From the human T2T-CHM13v2.0 reference genome, Homo sapiens: DNA of 64,000 bases. Every line of letters starts with the position of its first letter. Position 1 is the first letter of the stretch. The notes beneath the pieces are model-generated. The model did no database searches. It was given only the letters and a program-made list of their open reading frames with translations, and was not told the origin of the DNA. The DNA is taken from assembly GCF_009914755.1 (NCBI RefSeq), contig NC_060936.1, one strand, 5' to 3'. A program made the position numbers and the translations under genes. Of this stretch, positions 1 through 13,257 are shown piece by piece.

Positions 1-258
1 AGATTTTAACAATACTAATTGTTCCAATTCATGAACATGGAATCTGTTTCCATTTTATTGTGTCCTTTAACAATTTCTTGCATCAATGTTTTATAGTTTT
101 CATTGTAAAGTTATTTCACTTATTTGATTAAGTTTATTTCAAAGCTATTTTATTTGTAGTTATTGTAAATGAGATTACGTTCTTGATTTCTTTTTTAAAT
201 TGTTTGCTGTTGACATATAAAAATGCTACTGATTTTTGTATGTTAATTTTGTATCCTA
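1..258 (-). mobile_element. Old L1 (L1M-type) ORF2 fragment, running off the window start
   Basis: Resembles antisense L1 ORF2 (ccaattcatgaacatggaat...gctactgatttttgtatgttaattttgtatcct), similar to the L1 at ~48.45-48.7 kb. Confidence 0.75.
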
Positions 259-488
259 GAGAAATACATTTAAAAAATACTCCTAAGATTCCCAACTTTT
301 CACTAAGTGGTGGCTGTTGATTGTATTATCTTTTTGAAATTTAACAGCAGGGCATTACTATATAGCTTCCACAGTGTCATAAAATTTGGTACATCTTGAA
401 CTTAAGTGATGCTACACTGGCACAAGCTGTTGTTTCTTGAGTGTTCTAGCAATCAATACCTATCCTGAATCACAGCTGTGTTGATCAA

Positions 489-540
<52 letters not shown>
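489..540. repeat. (ATCT)13 tetranucleotide microsatellite
   Basis: Perfect ATCT run read directly. Confidence 0.97.
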
Positions 541-541
541 C

Positions 542-631
542 TTTTTAGAGACAGGGTCTCATTATGTAGCCTATGAACTCATGGGCTCAAGTGATCCTCC
601 TGTCTCAACCTTCCAAGTAGCTGGGACCATA
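542..631 (-). mobile_element. Alu monomer (FLAM-like) fragment
   Basis: agagacagggtctc...gggctcaagtgatcctcc...aagtagctgggac matches antisense Alu. Confidence 0.8.
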
Positions 632-654
632 TTTTTTACGGGGAAAAAAAAACT

Positions 655-860
655 TAGATCAAATATTGTGTGTTCTCATTCATATGTGGAAGGTAAAAAA
701 GTGAATCTTGTGAAGATAGTAAAGTGGTGGTTATGAAAGGCTGGGAAGGGAGGAGAGAATGAAGGAAAAAAAGAGAATATAAATATATTTATTACCACTG
801 AACTGTAGGCTTAAAACTGGTAAAGAAGGTAAATTTTATATGTATATATTTTCCTCATTT
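655..860 (+). mobile_element. Old L1M 3'UTR fragment
   Basis: tgttctcattcatatgtggaag...gtggtggttatgaaaggctgggaaggg...accactgaactgta resembles L1MA/MB 3' ends. Confidence 0.6.
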
Positions 861-2835
861 TTTTTAAAAGAGTCTAGAGCACCACCAGCATGGAGGATTG
901 CAGCAATTTCTCCTGATAAATATGTAAGACATAAAATTCAGTGGATGGACAGCAGAGAGTTATGAAACACTCCCCTTGACTGAAAAACAGTACCGGGGGA
1001 AAGCTAATTCACTCACATTACACATTTTCTTTTTAATCAGGATTTCCTCAAATTAAACATACATTGATGGGCAATGTAAACATCTCATGTGATATTGAAA
1101 CAGTTGTCAACATCCTTAAGGAATTAACCCCCCTCCCTCCATGTTGGGCCTTTGCTGCCCTGCTGGTCTTTTTTTGTTTTTGAGTCTAGCCTCATTACAT
1201 TAATAGCTCAAAACCTTCTCAGGCGTGTTAAAAATAGATTGCAAGAGAATTGAATGCAGTGTTTCCCTCCTCCCTCCCACTTTTTTTCTTGACTCTAATA
1301 TAATGGCACTCCTCAGAAACAGTCCACGGAAATCCAGATTTTCGCAGTGGCTTGTGTGGGAAGTGCAGACTATTGTGTGCAAGTGTTGCAGCCTACTGCT
1401 TGGCAGGAAGTCGTTTTTCGGAAAAGTTAACTGAACAAACACCTTCCATTGTCTACAGAGGTTGAAAGTCCAATGAAATTTCCTTATTGCTATCTCTAAA
1501 GCAATTTGGTGGCTGTGATTACATTTAACCCTTTATTTCTAAAGTCTCATTTTTATTGAAGGCTCTTCCCTTCAGTGATTCTTAACCTTTTCTGATTCTC
1601 AGACTCTTTTGAGAATTTGGTGGGACAATAAACTCATGTATTCTTTTTTAAGGGGATCAACAGTTCTTTCTCTCATCCTCTCTCCCATGTCAAACTGTAG
1701 CAGGTCTAAGTCATTAATTATCAAGGGAAAAACTCTAAAGAAGAGAAGGTGAGGATCCAATGCATTTCTCATTTCTTTTATTGCAAATTAATTTTTTTTA
1801 AAGGCTGAGCTTTGCTGTGAACTATTTTAAAAGCTGTTAATCACTTTCATAGTCTCATTTATCAAAGTGATAATAATACATAGGCTTAGTTTTCCTGTGC
1901 TGTAATACAACTGAAAAAATTAACATTATAAATGAATATACAAAGAGTTCGACCAGAAAGGCAAAAATAAAAAATAGGCTACATTAAATTTGGTGATGAC
2001 TGCTTTCATACTCTAAATATTTCACATTGCTTCAAAAGAGAATTTGTGAAAAAGTCTTTAAACAAAAAAACACATCTTTTGGTTTAATTTAAGATTGTAA
2101 GATTTAGCTATTCCACGGTGGAATTTGTTGACTCATAAGATAGTGAGTTTGCTGTCATTGGGAATATTCAGTAAAAGCATACTTACATTATGTGTCAGGT
2201 ATATCAAAGAAAACCTTTCTGTTCTGTGGCCAGATAACTTCTATCAGGCCTTTGCATCAGAAATCCTACAAGTTAAAACAGAATTTAGTTGGTCTATAGG
2301 AGGAAAACTTTTGAGATGTATTTCTTTTTGTTTTCTTTTTTCCTATGCATATGACCAAGGCAATGGTTTTAATTAGTGCTGAGATGGAGTTCCAACTTTC
2401 CAGTATCATTTACTTTCTGTATGGTCTTGGATATCTATGATGCTATTACATGAAAACTACAACCTTTTCCCCAATGTCTAGAAAGTGACAAATTGTCCTA
2501 TTATTCACTGGGAATTGATTTGGGAAGAGGGAAACTATTGTGTTACCTTCAGGGAAAGAGTACATCTGAATCAACTCTTTTTATCAAGTGCTTCGATTTT
2601 TGTCCCAAGTATTTTGATTAACTAAAATTTGAGAGTGTATATATAAAAGTATTCTTTTCTCATCCAATCTGTTGTTATTTATGTTGAATGTATGGGTTGT
2701 GAATTGCCAGGTCAAGTAAATGTGATGGCATTTAGCATCTATGGCTATTTTCCAAATGGATTCCTCATAACAAAGCCTTTGCACAATCTGAAATCCATTA
2801 TCCTGAAGCTTTCCTATAGCCCTAAATTTGGTATA

Positions 2836-3215
2836 TGTATTACTCAGCTCAGGCTGCCATAACAAAATTCTATAGACTGAGTGGCTTAAACAACAGAATT
2901 TGTTTTCTCATGATTCTGGAGGCTGGAAGTTCCCTACAGGGTGTCAGCATGGTCCAGTTTTAACAAGGGCTGTCTTCCTGGTTAGCTTCCTGCCTTCCTG
3001 CTATGTGCTCACATGTCCTATTCCTAGAGAAATCTCTCTCTTTCTCTCTCTCTTTCTTTTTATAAGAAGAGCAATCCTATCAGATTAGGAACCCATCTCT
3101 ATTATCTCACGTAACCTTAATTATCTCCTAAAAGCCCTATTTCTAAATACAATCACATTGGAAATTAGAACTTCAACGTATGAATTTTGGGGAGGACACA
3201 ATTCAGTCCCTAGCA
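2836..3215 (-). mobile_element. MLT1A-like MaLR solo LTR
   Basis: tgtatta...ggctgccataacaaaat...gagtggcttaaacaacagaa...ctggaggctggaagt...ggacacaattcagtccctagca. Confidence 0.8.
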
Positions 3216-3228
3216 ATATCACATATGT

Positions 3229-5506
3229 TGATATGGTTTGGCTGTGTCCCCACCCAATTCTCATGGTGAACTATACTCCCATAATTCCCATGTGTTGTGG
3301 GAGGGACCTGGTGGGAGATAATTTGAATCATGGGGGTGGTTTTCCCCATACTGTTCTCATGGTAGTGAATAAGTCTCATGAGATCTGATGGTTTTATCAG
3401 GGGTTTCTGCTTTTGCTTATTCCTCATTTTCTCTTGCCACTGCCATGTAAGAAGTGCTTTTTGCCTCCCACTATGATTCTGAGGCCTCCCCAGCCACGTG
3501 GGACTGTAAGTCCAATTAAACCTCTTTGTCTTCCCAGTCTCAGGTATGTCTTTATCAGCAATGTGAAAATGGACTAATACAGTAAATTGGTACCAGAAGA
3601 GTGGGGTGTTGCTGAAAATATACCTGAAAATGTGGAAGCACATTTGGAACTGGGTAACAGGCAGAGGTTGGAACAGTTGGAGGGCTCAGAAGAAGACAGG
3701 AAAATGTGGGAAAGTTTGGAACTTCCTAGAGACTTGTTGAATGGCTTTGACCAAAAGCCTGATAGTGATATGGACAATAAGGTCCAGGCTGAGGTGGTCT
3801 CAGATGGAGATGAGGAACTTGTTGGAAACTGGAGCAAAGGTGACTCTTGTTATGTTTTAGCAATGAGACTGGTGGCATTTTGCCCCTGACCTTGAGATTT
3901 CTGGAACTTTGAACTTGAGAGAGATGATTTAGGGTATCTGGCAGCAGAAATTTCTAAGCAGCAAAGCATTCAAGAGGTGACTTGGGTGCTATTAAAGGCA
4001 TTCAGTTTTATAAGGGAAGTGGAGCATAAAAGCTCAGAAAATTTGCAGCCTGACAATGTGATAGAAAAGAAAAACCAATTTTCTAAGGAGAAATCCAAGT
4101 CAGCTGCAGAAATTTGCATAAGTAAACAGGAGCCAAATGTTAATCCCCAAGACAATGGGGAAAATGTCTCAAGGGCATGTCAGAGACCACTGTGGCAGCC
4201 CCTCTCATCTCAGGCCCCGAGGCCTAGGAGAAAATGGTTTCGTGGGCTGGGTCCAGGGTTCCCATGCTGTGTGCAGCCTAGAGACTTGGTGCCCTGTGTC
4301 CCAGCCACTCCAGCTGTGGCTGAAAGGGGCCAATGTAGAGCTCAGGCCATGGCTTCAGAGGGTGCAAACCTCAAGCTTTGGCAGCTTCCACACAGTGATG
4401 AGCCTGTGAGTGCACAAAAGTCAAGAATTGGGGTTTGGGAAGCTCCGCTTAGATTTCAGAAGATGTATGGAAATGCCTGGATGCCCAGGCAGAAGTTTGC
4501 TGCAGGGGCAGGGTGCTCATGGAGAGCCTCTGCTAGGGCAGTGCACAGGGAAATGTGGGCTCAGAGCCCCCACACAGAGTCCCTACTGGGACACCACCTA
4601 GTGAAGCTGTGAGAAGAGGGCTACTGTCGTCCAGACCCCAGAATGGTAGATCCACCAAAAGATTGCACTGTTCACCTGGAAAAGCCACAGATGCTCAATG
4701 TCAGCTCATGAAAGCAGCTGGGAGGGAGGCTGTATGCTGCAACACCACAGGGTCAGAGCTGCCTAAGACCATGGGAACCCATCTCTTGCATCAGCATGAC
4801 CTGGATGTGAGACCTGGAGTCAAAGGAGATCATTTTGGAGCTTTAAAACTTGACTGCCCTGCTGGATTTCAGACTTGCATGGGCCCTGTAAACCTGTTGT
4901 TTTGGCCAATTTCTCCCATTTGGAATGGCTGTATTTACCCAATACCTGTACCCCCATTGTATCTACAAAGAAACTAGCTTGTTTTTGATTTTATAGGCTC
5001 ATAGGTGGAAGGGACTTGCCTTGTCTCAGATGATACTTTGGACTATGGACTGTTGGGTTAATGCTGAAATGAGTTAAGACTTTGGGGGACTGTTGGGAAG
5101 GTGTGATTGGTTTTGAAATGTGAGAACATGAGATTTGGAGGGGCCAGGGGCAGCATGATATGGTCTGGCTGTGTCCCGACCCAAATCTCATCTTAAAATG
5201 TGTTCCCATAATTCCCACGTTTGTGGGAGGGACCTTGTGGAAGATAATTGAATCATGGGGGTGGTTTCCCCCATATTGTTCTCATGGTAGTGAATAAATC
5301 TTATGAGTTCTGACAGTTTTATCAGGGGTTTCTGCTTTTGCTTCTTCCTCATTTTCTCTTGCCGCCTCCATGTAAGAAGTGCCTTTCACCTCCTGCCATG
5401 ATTCTGAGGCCTCCCCAGCCATGTGGAACTGTAAGTCCAATTAAACCTCTTTTTCTTCCCAGTCTCGGGTATGTCTTTATCAGCAGTGTGAAAATGGACT
5501 AATACA
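3229..5506 (+). mobile_element. Complete THE1A (MaLR) provirus: 5'LTR 3229-3581, internal 3582-5155, 3'LTR 5156-5506
   Basis: Two similar LTRs (TGATATGG...GACTAATACA), 5-bp TSD TATGT at 3224-3228 and 5507-5511, THE1A-type cttttgcttcttcctcattttctcttgcc segment. Confidence 0.95.
3587..4977 (+). pseudogene. Disrupted MaLR/THE1 internal ORF (fragments 3587-3889, 3977-4612, 4555-4977)
   Basis: ORF-track peptides (ENVEAHLELGNR, EEDRKMWESLELPRDLLNGFDQ, RFQKMYGNAWMPRQKFA) are typical THE1-int translations, broken by stops and frameshifts. Confidence 0.8.
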
Positions 5507-6499
5507 TATGTCTATCCTAGACCTTTTTCAGAAAAGTTTTGGACACCTGTCAATGAAAGAATGGGAAAGAATTTCATTATAACATGATGTCACCTATATA
5601 TGTTATATATACCATTATAACATGATATCACCTATAATATGTTCTTGTGACATGGGCTATGTATGAAGACATCAAATTTCCAATATAATTGAGACAGTTA
5701 AATATGTGCAGATGATATATGACACACAGAATGAATTAAATCAACGTGTGATTTTAAACTAATTTAAGTAAGTAAAGTGAACAGCTAGATGTAATGAAAG
5801 ATACATCTTTTTTCCTCTACAACAAACAAAACCCAAAAAGGTATTCACTCTGCCCTCGGGTTCTGAATTTATTTGGGGGAGATTAAAAACTATACAAACA
5901 AATTGTACATTAAAAAGGGAAGCCCAGTTTGTGTTAAGCATTGAGTAATCAGATTAGACAAGAAGTGTAGTGTTCACAGTGTCATGGTAGGGTGAGAAGG
6001 TAAGGGAAGATGCTGATCTTATAGGGTGTAGGATGTAGAATAAGCTGGGTAGTGATGAAAGTTGAGGATTTGAGGGGATCAGAGAGGGCTTCTTGGAAGG
6101 GGCCCTTGGCTAAGCAGTGAAGGACAAGAGACTGGGATAAGGGAGCAGGCAAAGCAAGCAGACACGTGCGGCAGCAGGAAAGAGTGCAAATAGCGTGTGG
6201 GGTAAACCACAGGCAGGGACTGTAGCTGGAGGGGGAAGGTCACGCATGGAGGGAGAGAGAAGAGGTGGAGTAGCTTGTCAGAATTCGTATCCCTGAGGGC
6301 CTTGTGGGCCATGTTTTACCATGTAGACCACAAGACCTTTTCTCAAATGAAAAGCTTATGTGAAAGCTTAACATTCATGACCGATAAGGGCAAAGCTGCT
6401 CTAGTTAGGGCCAGAGTGGGGGTTAGAGTCTCGCCTCCTCCTCACCACCCCTGTCTGTTGCCGTCTCTGCAGCTACCCTGGTAGCTCAGACTGGCATTT

Positions 6500-6930
6500 C
6501 CTGTCACCTGGATTATAGCGACAGCTTCCTACTTCCAGTCTTGTCCCATTTCATCTACCCTCCACACTGTACTAGAGAGCTTTCTAAAAGGTAGTTCTGA
6601 TTTTGTTGTTCCTCTATTTTAATCCCTGCAGTGGCTCCACACTGCCTTTGAAGACAAACCTAAAATTCCTAGACCCTACCTACTGCTTTTCTTTCCATTC
6701 TTGCATCACTTGCATCACACTTGCACACAGCTTTATGTTCCACCCATCCTGAAGGGCTTGAAATTTGTCTTGCTGAGCCCTTGGTTTTGTTGCTGTCACT
6801 GCCTGCCAAGGCCTCCATGCCAACCTCCGTTTAAGCCTCTGCTCAGTCACCTTCTCCAGAAGATCTTTCCTGACTTCCTTTGCCCCCCAAGTGGATCTGA
6901 CCATATTTTTCTTTGTTTCAACTGTATCCA
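6500..6930 (+). mobile_element. L2 fragment
   Basis: cacctggattatagcgacagcttccta...ccctccacactg...tttctaaaa...cagtggctcc resembles L2 3' region. Confidence 0.6.
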
Positions 6931-6994
6931 TGAGTACAGATCTTTTTTTTTTCTTCACATTTTGGCTAGTTTTGTTTTTTGTTTTTGTTTTTCT

Positions 6995-7135
6995 CTTTCA
7001 GCTTTTATTTTAGAATCAGAGAGTACACACACAGGTTTGTTACAAAGGTATGTTGTGTGATACTGAGGTTTGGAGTATGATTGAACCTGCCATCCAGGTA
7101 GTGAGCATAGTACCCAGTAGGCAGGTTTTCACCCC
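6995..7135 (-). mobile_element. Short L1PA(old)/L1PB 3' end
   Basis: cttttattttaga...caggtttgttaca...ccaggtagtgagcatagtaccc, preceded by a T-rich tail. Confidence 0.75.
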
Positions 7136-7149
7136 TATTATTGTAACTC

Positions 7150-7590
7150 TGTGTGGGGACAGATATGAGATATGTTAAGAAAGTCAAACTGACAGGATTC
7201 TGTCAGGGAATGGATATGGGTGAGGGAAGGATTTGGAGGTGTCTGGAAAAACTCCTAGGCTTCTATCTGGATTGACATGCTGCACTGTCAGAGAGAACAC
7301 AGGAGCAGAAGAGTTCAGAGAGGGAGAGACAATAATTTTTGCTTTGGTAAGGTTAAGTTTGGTTTGTCTGTGGGGATCCAGGTTGAGTTGAGCAATAGAT
7401 TGTCAGATATATCAGCTTGGAGCATAGAAAAAATATCTGAAGGTACACATTTGGCAATCAACAGGCAGGTGGTAGGTAAATTTATTGGTGTAAATAAGAT
7501 GATTCCAGGTGAGACTTATGTGAGAAGCTAAGAGAGATGTGGATGAAGTGGTTAAAGAAGGTGGAGTGGAAGCAGATGTCAGAAATCATC
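7150..7590 (-). mobile_element. L2 fragment
   Basis: Degenerate purine-rich antisense L2-like sequence (gttaagtttgg...atccaggttgag). Confidence 0.5.
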
Positions 7591-9287
7591 CTGGTTTCAT
7601 TTTCTCCATCATTTTGGTCTTTGGGGCCACAGAGATAACAGAGCAACTTCACAAAAGGCCTGCAAACAGAAAAGTTATATGTATTATTCAGGCCTGGGCT
7701 ACTCCAAGGCTCAATGAGGTGGCCAATCTTATCAAAGGCCAGATGATTTATCCTGACTACCACAATGGGGAAATCTCTCTAATTTCGTTATATAGTATTG
7801 CATATAATACCAGTACAATTATCATTCAATATTTAGAAAATATAAAATATAGTAATATTAAAATAGGGCTTTGAGCTTTGGGAAATTTCTGATTATTACA
7901 AGTTGATTACTTAAGTAATTTAGACACTATTGAAGTAGTGTCTCAATTCTCTGAATGTAGGAATTCTGTAAATGTTGTTCCTAGGCATAGAAGTACATTT
8001 CCACTAGAAATTATTTGTTTTTCCAAATTAACATATAAACAAATAGATAATACATTTTACAGCAAGAGAAAAGTAAGTATGGACACATTATCCCAAAGAT
8101 TCTCTGTATTCTTTACCAAGAAGAAAAAAAAGTCTTCTTAGTCACAGGAAAAGAGAATAATAAATGTCTAATCATAATGTGTGGACTAAGTGACTTCATC
8201 TTGTGATAGATGAAGGTGATAGATAATTCCCTTGATGTCAAATGTGTGTTAAGTTAAATCATTCAAGCTATCTATGATGGCTGCTATGTTATTCAGTGTG
8301 AGCATTTCCTAGAGCTAACACTTTTTATTTATTCAAACACTGAAGAAGAACTTTTTTAAAACTAGAATAAGGGGGCTTTTTAGTTTTCTGGAGTGCTATA
8401 TTTCATTAAATAATAACCTGTAGAAATGGTACCAGTTTCTACATGTGGGTTTTGAAGGCTGGTCTCAGTTGTCCAGGGCACTGGACTCATTTTCTTTTTT
8501 TGGGGGAGTGCTCATTTTCTACAAGGTGTCAATGAATAGGCAGGATGGAAAAACAGAGAGGCTGCCTCTCAGCCAGAGCAGTTAAATCAACCTTGGCCCA
8601 CTGGGTAACTTGTCTCAGCCAGGCTACTCTTATCTCTATGTGGTCAATGAGAGGAATATCTCATGAGAAATGAAGAAGAAGAAAAAAGAATGATGTAATT
8701 TCCCTTATACCCTTCCTGGCAGGATTTCTATGAATATTCATTACTGCACGTGGGACATATATATTTTATCAGATCTGGGCTTAAACATAGAGGTACCTTT
8801 GTGCAGAAAGAATAATTCAACATGGACTCTGCATTTTTCTTAAGGAGGTATGAAATATTCAGAGCTTGTATAAATTAGGGACATAGGCGTATGCTAACTT
8901 GTTTCCAAATGTTTATTTTCTGCTATCTACCCATAATTGTCTAATTTGGGCAGTAACTATTTTTGTCTTAAAGTGAAAATATGCCTTCAAGTCAAGCAAA
9001 AATTATGTGCAATACGTTTCAATTATTTTATAATAGGAAATATGTATTTTCATTAGGTAGTATACTTATTTTTCAGAACTTTCTTGTTTTTTAAACTAGA
9101 ATTTGATAAAGATGAAATGTTTATGCTATCATTTTCATTGTACCATCTGTTTAATTGTTTATTTTTACAAAAACAAAGATTTCCCATGTCATGTTTTTAG
9201 ATATCTTGGGGGAAGAAATTTCAAAAAGCATTTTAAAGCACTGGTAAATATGTAACAAGTTATATTTTACATATTTTAAAAATATCT

Positions 9288-9411
9288 GGCTGGGTGTGGT
9301 GGTGTGTGCCTGTAGTCCAAGCTACTCAGGAGGCTGAGGCGGAGGAAGGCTTAAACCCAGTGGTTCAAGTCCAACCTGAGCGACGTAGCAAGACCTGGTC
9401 TTTATGAAAAA
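9288..9411 (+). mobile_element. FLAM Alu monomer
   Basis: ggctgggtgtggtggtgtgtgcctgtagtcc...gttcaagtccaacctgagcgacgtagcaagacc. Confidence 0.85.
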
Positions 9412-9519
9412 CGTTTTTTAGAAATATATTTCAAAATAAATTAAATCAGAGAAATTTAAATGATATTTCAAGGTCAAAAATAGAGTTAGGAAGAAAATTG
9501 GGGAATACTTTCTGGTTCT

Positions 9520-10125
9520 CTTTAGCTCTAACCTCTCTCCAGCTCTAGCCCTGTATACAAACTCCATTTAGATGTCTTTAAGCTCCAAGTAGAACCCATC
9601 TTTATTTCTACCAGACCTGTTTCTTCATTATCTTCTCCATTTAGGACAGTTGTATCATCAGTCATGCAATTGATTAACCCCCAAACTTGGGTTCATTTTT
9701 TATTCTACTTCTTTCATCCATCCATCCTGTGGCAAGTCCTGTTGGTTTGACCTCCAAATTACTTTTCACTATTCTGCTGCACCCAAACTCGTCTGAGGCA
9801 CCAGTACCTCTCACTCTGATCACTGCAATAACCTCCACAATGGCCCATTGGTATTACTTTCTCCCTTCTACCATTGATTTTTTCTTATTGAAACAAACAA
9901 ACTCAGAACAAAACACTGCTCCATTTAAAAACCTCTGTAGTTAGAAGAAAACTCAACACTCTTAACCCAGCCTGTGTGGTCTGTCATTTGCTTTTCCCCT
10001 CTGGCCCTGTCTCCTCCTGTTCTCCCAATAGCCTAAGTGCTTTCTGACTTGTTCATCAGTCTATCCACAGCAGAGTGCCAAGCTCACGAGTAGGCACTCA
10101 ATACATCTGTCAAATTTATGAGCAA
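9520..10125 (+). mobile_element. L2 fragments
   Basis: Degenerate L2 motifs ending gtaggcactcaatacatctgt. Confidence 0.5.
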
Positions 10126-10887
10126 ATATTATACATATATTTTTCTGAGCCTAAAAAGAAGTTCTCTTTTGCCTCAGTGATAATCAGAACTCAAACTAAA
10201 TCTTTAGGTGGATGTTCCTGTGAAATTGTGGGGTCAATAATCAATAAATGAAAGTTTAGTGCAGTCAGGGCCTGTTGTGTCACCTGTACTCTGGTCTTTC
10301 CTATAGGCTTAGTTAGCTACAGCCAATGCTGAGTTAAGATAAGAGTGATTCAAGGGCCTGAATTTTATCAGCAGGTGACTCAACTTGATGTTGCCTTAAT
10401 ACCAGCGCAACCCTGATCTTGTACCCTTACACTTGAATTTCTGTCTCATTTCTGAACCCAAGTTCATCTCTTGTGCCTTGGTTTGGTCACTGAGTTTCTG
10501 CCTGTTTCCTTCTGCCTCAACAACTGCTCAGCAATTCCTTCCTTCCCAGTCCAGGACTCTCCTATATTCTCGTGTCTGTGTCACTCGACCTCTATACCCA
10601 ATGTCTTACTATAAGGAACATTGCCATAGATCTCCTCTAAAACTGATCCTAGTTGGGGCCCGATAGTACCAGAGCTATCCATATGATGATGAATGAACAG
10701 CCACAATATTGAAACTAAGCCTTTAGAAAACACCCAGAGCTATTTATGCATAATTGTGTGAAATCTCTCAAAAGTAATTAAAAAACAATTACAACAAAAT
10801 CCCCATGGTGTTCAGTATTTGCATAGTCCTCAAATATTTCTAGCTTCTTTAAAGCAAGGAAAAACAGAAGTAAGGACGTAATGTAGA

Positions 10888-11481
10888 GCAGCTTCTCATG
10901 TCCTGAAACATCAGTTCTAGTTATGGACCAAGTGGGCAATGCTTAAGGTAATGCCCTTATAAATTACTTTTCAAATATTGGAACTCACCATTGATTCTAT
11001 CAGAGAACCTGGATCCCACCATGACAAATAGCAAATCTCTTTTTTTCTAGAAGGATATTTATATGTTTAGAGGCATTCTACTATTGGAGATATAATTTAT
11101 GCCTTTTAAAGAATTTAAAATTATAAGGATAAAAATTGTAAGGTTATAATTATAAGGATATCAATTATAAGAATATAATTTATACCATTGCAGTTATCTT
11201 GTTGGGAGTTTCTGCTAAACTTTAATGCACAAACAAACCAAAATAATAACTCTATTACTGTTTTTTAAAATTGAAATAATACTTTGGAGTATACATTTAA
11301 ATGTTATGATAACTTGGAAAACACAAAAACAGTAAGTTTCAGTACTATTATTGGGGATATATTTTATTGTTAAGGTGGAAATAGAAAACAAATGAAAATA
11401 AATTTTATGAAAAATTTTCATTTAATCTAGTAAACTTCACATTCCACAATTGATAATGTACCATCAGCTGAGAACCACTAG
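10888..11481. mobile_element. Possible hAT-Charlie-type DNA transposon remnant
   Basis: Ends cagcttctca / tgagaaccacta resemble the CAGTGGTTCTCA TIR; the interior is not recognised. Confidence 0.3.
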
Positions 11482-11501
11482 TCTAAGAATTATTAAGTTA
11501 C

Positions 11502-11947
11502 TGTTGTGGGTTAACTTGTGTTTCCCTAAAAGATGTCAAAGTCCTGACCCCCAGTACCTGTGAATGTGACCTATTTGGAAATAGGGTCTTTGTAGATGAT
11601 CAAATTAAAGTGAGGTCATTGGGGTGGGCTCTAATCCAATATGACTGGTGTTCTTACAAAAAGGGGAAATTTGGACACAGAGACAGGTACATTCAGAGGG
11701 AGAATGCCATCTGAAGTTTGGGATGATGCAACTGCAAGCCAACAAACACTAAAGGTGGCCACAAACTACCAGAAGCTAGGAGAGAGACAGGGAACAGATT
11801 CTCCCTCACAGTCCTCAGAAGGAATCAATCCTGCCAACACCTTGATCTTGGATTTCTATCCTCCAGAGCTGTGAGTCAATGAATTTCTGTTGCTTGAAAC
11901 ACCCAGTGTGTAGTGCTTTGTTATGGCAGCCCTAGCAAACCAATGCA
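11502..11947 (+). mobile_element. MLT1C/B-like MaLR solo LTR
   Basis: tgttgtgggtt...cagtacctgtgaatgtgacctatttggaaatagggtcttt...tttgttatggcagccctagcaaaccaatgca. Confidence 0.88.
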
Positions 11948-12049
11948 GCGAGTCGGCTAGTTCTATGCATTATTGCGCGTGCACTCTCTCTCATTTAAAT
12001 ACTATTGAGCAACAGTAGAATGATTTCTTCCCCAAATTTCTACCTGACA

Positions 12050-12455
12050 GCTGTGCTATCTTCTATTTACTCCTCCTGGTCCTCTCCTTTCCTGCCGCTC
12101 TATGCTCTAGGAGGCGTCTCTATGAACAACATCAATGGACTCCCTTGCCCTCTGGATTTCACTAGGGTTCATCCAGTGGGAGGCAGCAGCAAGTGATGCA
12201 GAGACAGACAGAAAAGTGAGGTTGAGGTATTCTTTGCCCTGGTTCCTCCTTTTTCTCTGGCTGAAGGTCACAGTTCCTGTCAGGTCTCACAGGTGTCCTC
12301 TCCATACAACATGACTCTCTGTGGCCACTCCCTCCATTGCCCCTACAGGCCCAGCATGCTGCCCTAATCCCTGTGGTTCCCCCAACCCTGCCGCCACACA
12401 TTAAACCTTCCTCAAATCATCTCACCTTCAGTGAGCCTTCTGTTTCCTGCTGGGA
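12050..12455 (+). mobile_element. LTR33-like ERVL LTR
   Basis: ctccttgccctctgg...gtgaggttgaggtatt...taaaccttcctcaaat...ctgtttcctgctgg. Confidence 0.6.
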
Positions 12456-13210
12456 AGCTTGGGCTATCAAACTCAGTATGTAAAAACATGTGAAAATGCT
12501 GATGATTGGTTTAAGGTAAGAGGTATGGTCTGGGGCCCAGTTTCCTAAACTTTTAAAACAAATGCCTTCGAGACTTTATAGTGGTTCTAGTTTTCTGGAT
12601 CCTTGAAGCCTAGAAGCATAAATTTAAATGCCCCCAAGGACCAGTCAGGTAGCAAAAACAAGTGGAGTGGGGGCATTGGGGCAGGACTTTGGGGACTTGT
12701 GGAAGAAGCCGCAGTTGAAAGGGCTGCAGCTACCCAGCTTAAGCTGACTTTTTGCCACTTGGAAATGTGAACCCAGTGTGCTAAGACTGATTTTTTAAAA
12801 AAATAGAAGCCAGAAATCATCACTATTTTTATGTGGATGCCATGGTTATTCAATACTATCAACCAGTCAAACACTATGAAAACACAGTAGGCTAAGAAAA
12901 ATAGTGCTGCAATCTAGATTTGGGTCACAGGCCACAAATCTGTGACCTCTGCTCAGCTCAGTCATTGCATCCTCTTGGATGGCCAGGAACCACCTGGACC
13001 ACATGACCCTAGACCCTCTGGAGGAATTACAATATAACAATATGCCTAGGTTGTATTAAATTAAAAGTTGATGCAGAAGAAAACATCCCTACCATTTGTG
13101 TAATGCACTTTTGAAGACTTTTTTTTTTTTACTAGATTGTCATTCTTTCCTTAAAGATATACAAAATAATTTTTTCTCTAGAATTTAGCTCCAGAAAAAA
13201 AGTCTATACT

Positions 13211-13257
13211 TTTCCTTAACCAGAAAAACACACACCTTGTTTTTCTGGTTAAGGAAA
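13211..13257. repeat. Perfect 20-bp inverted repeat with 7-nt loop
   Basis: tttccttaaccagaaaaaca-cacacct-tgtttttctggttaaggaaa. Confidence 0.95.
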
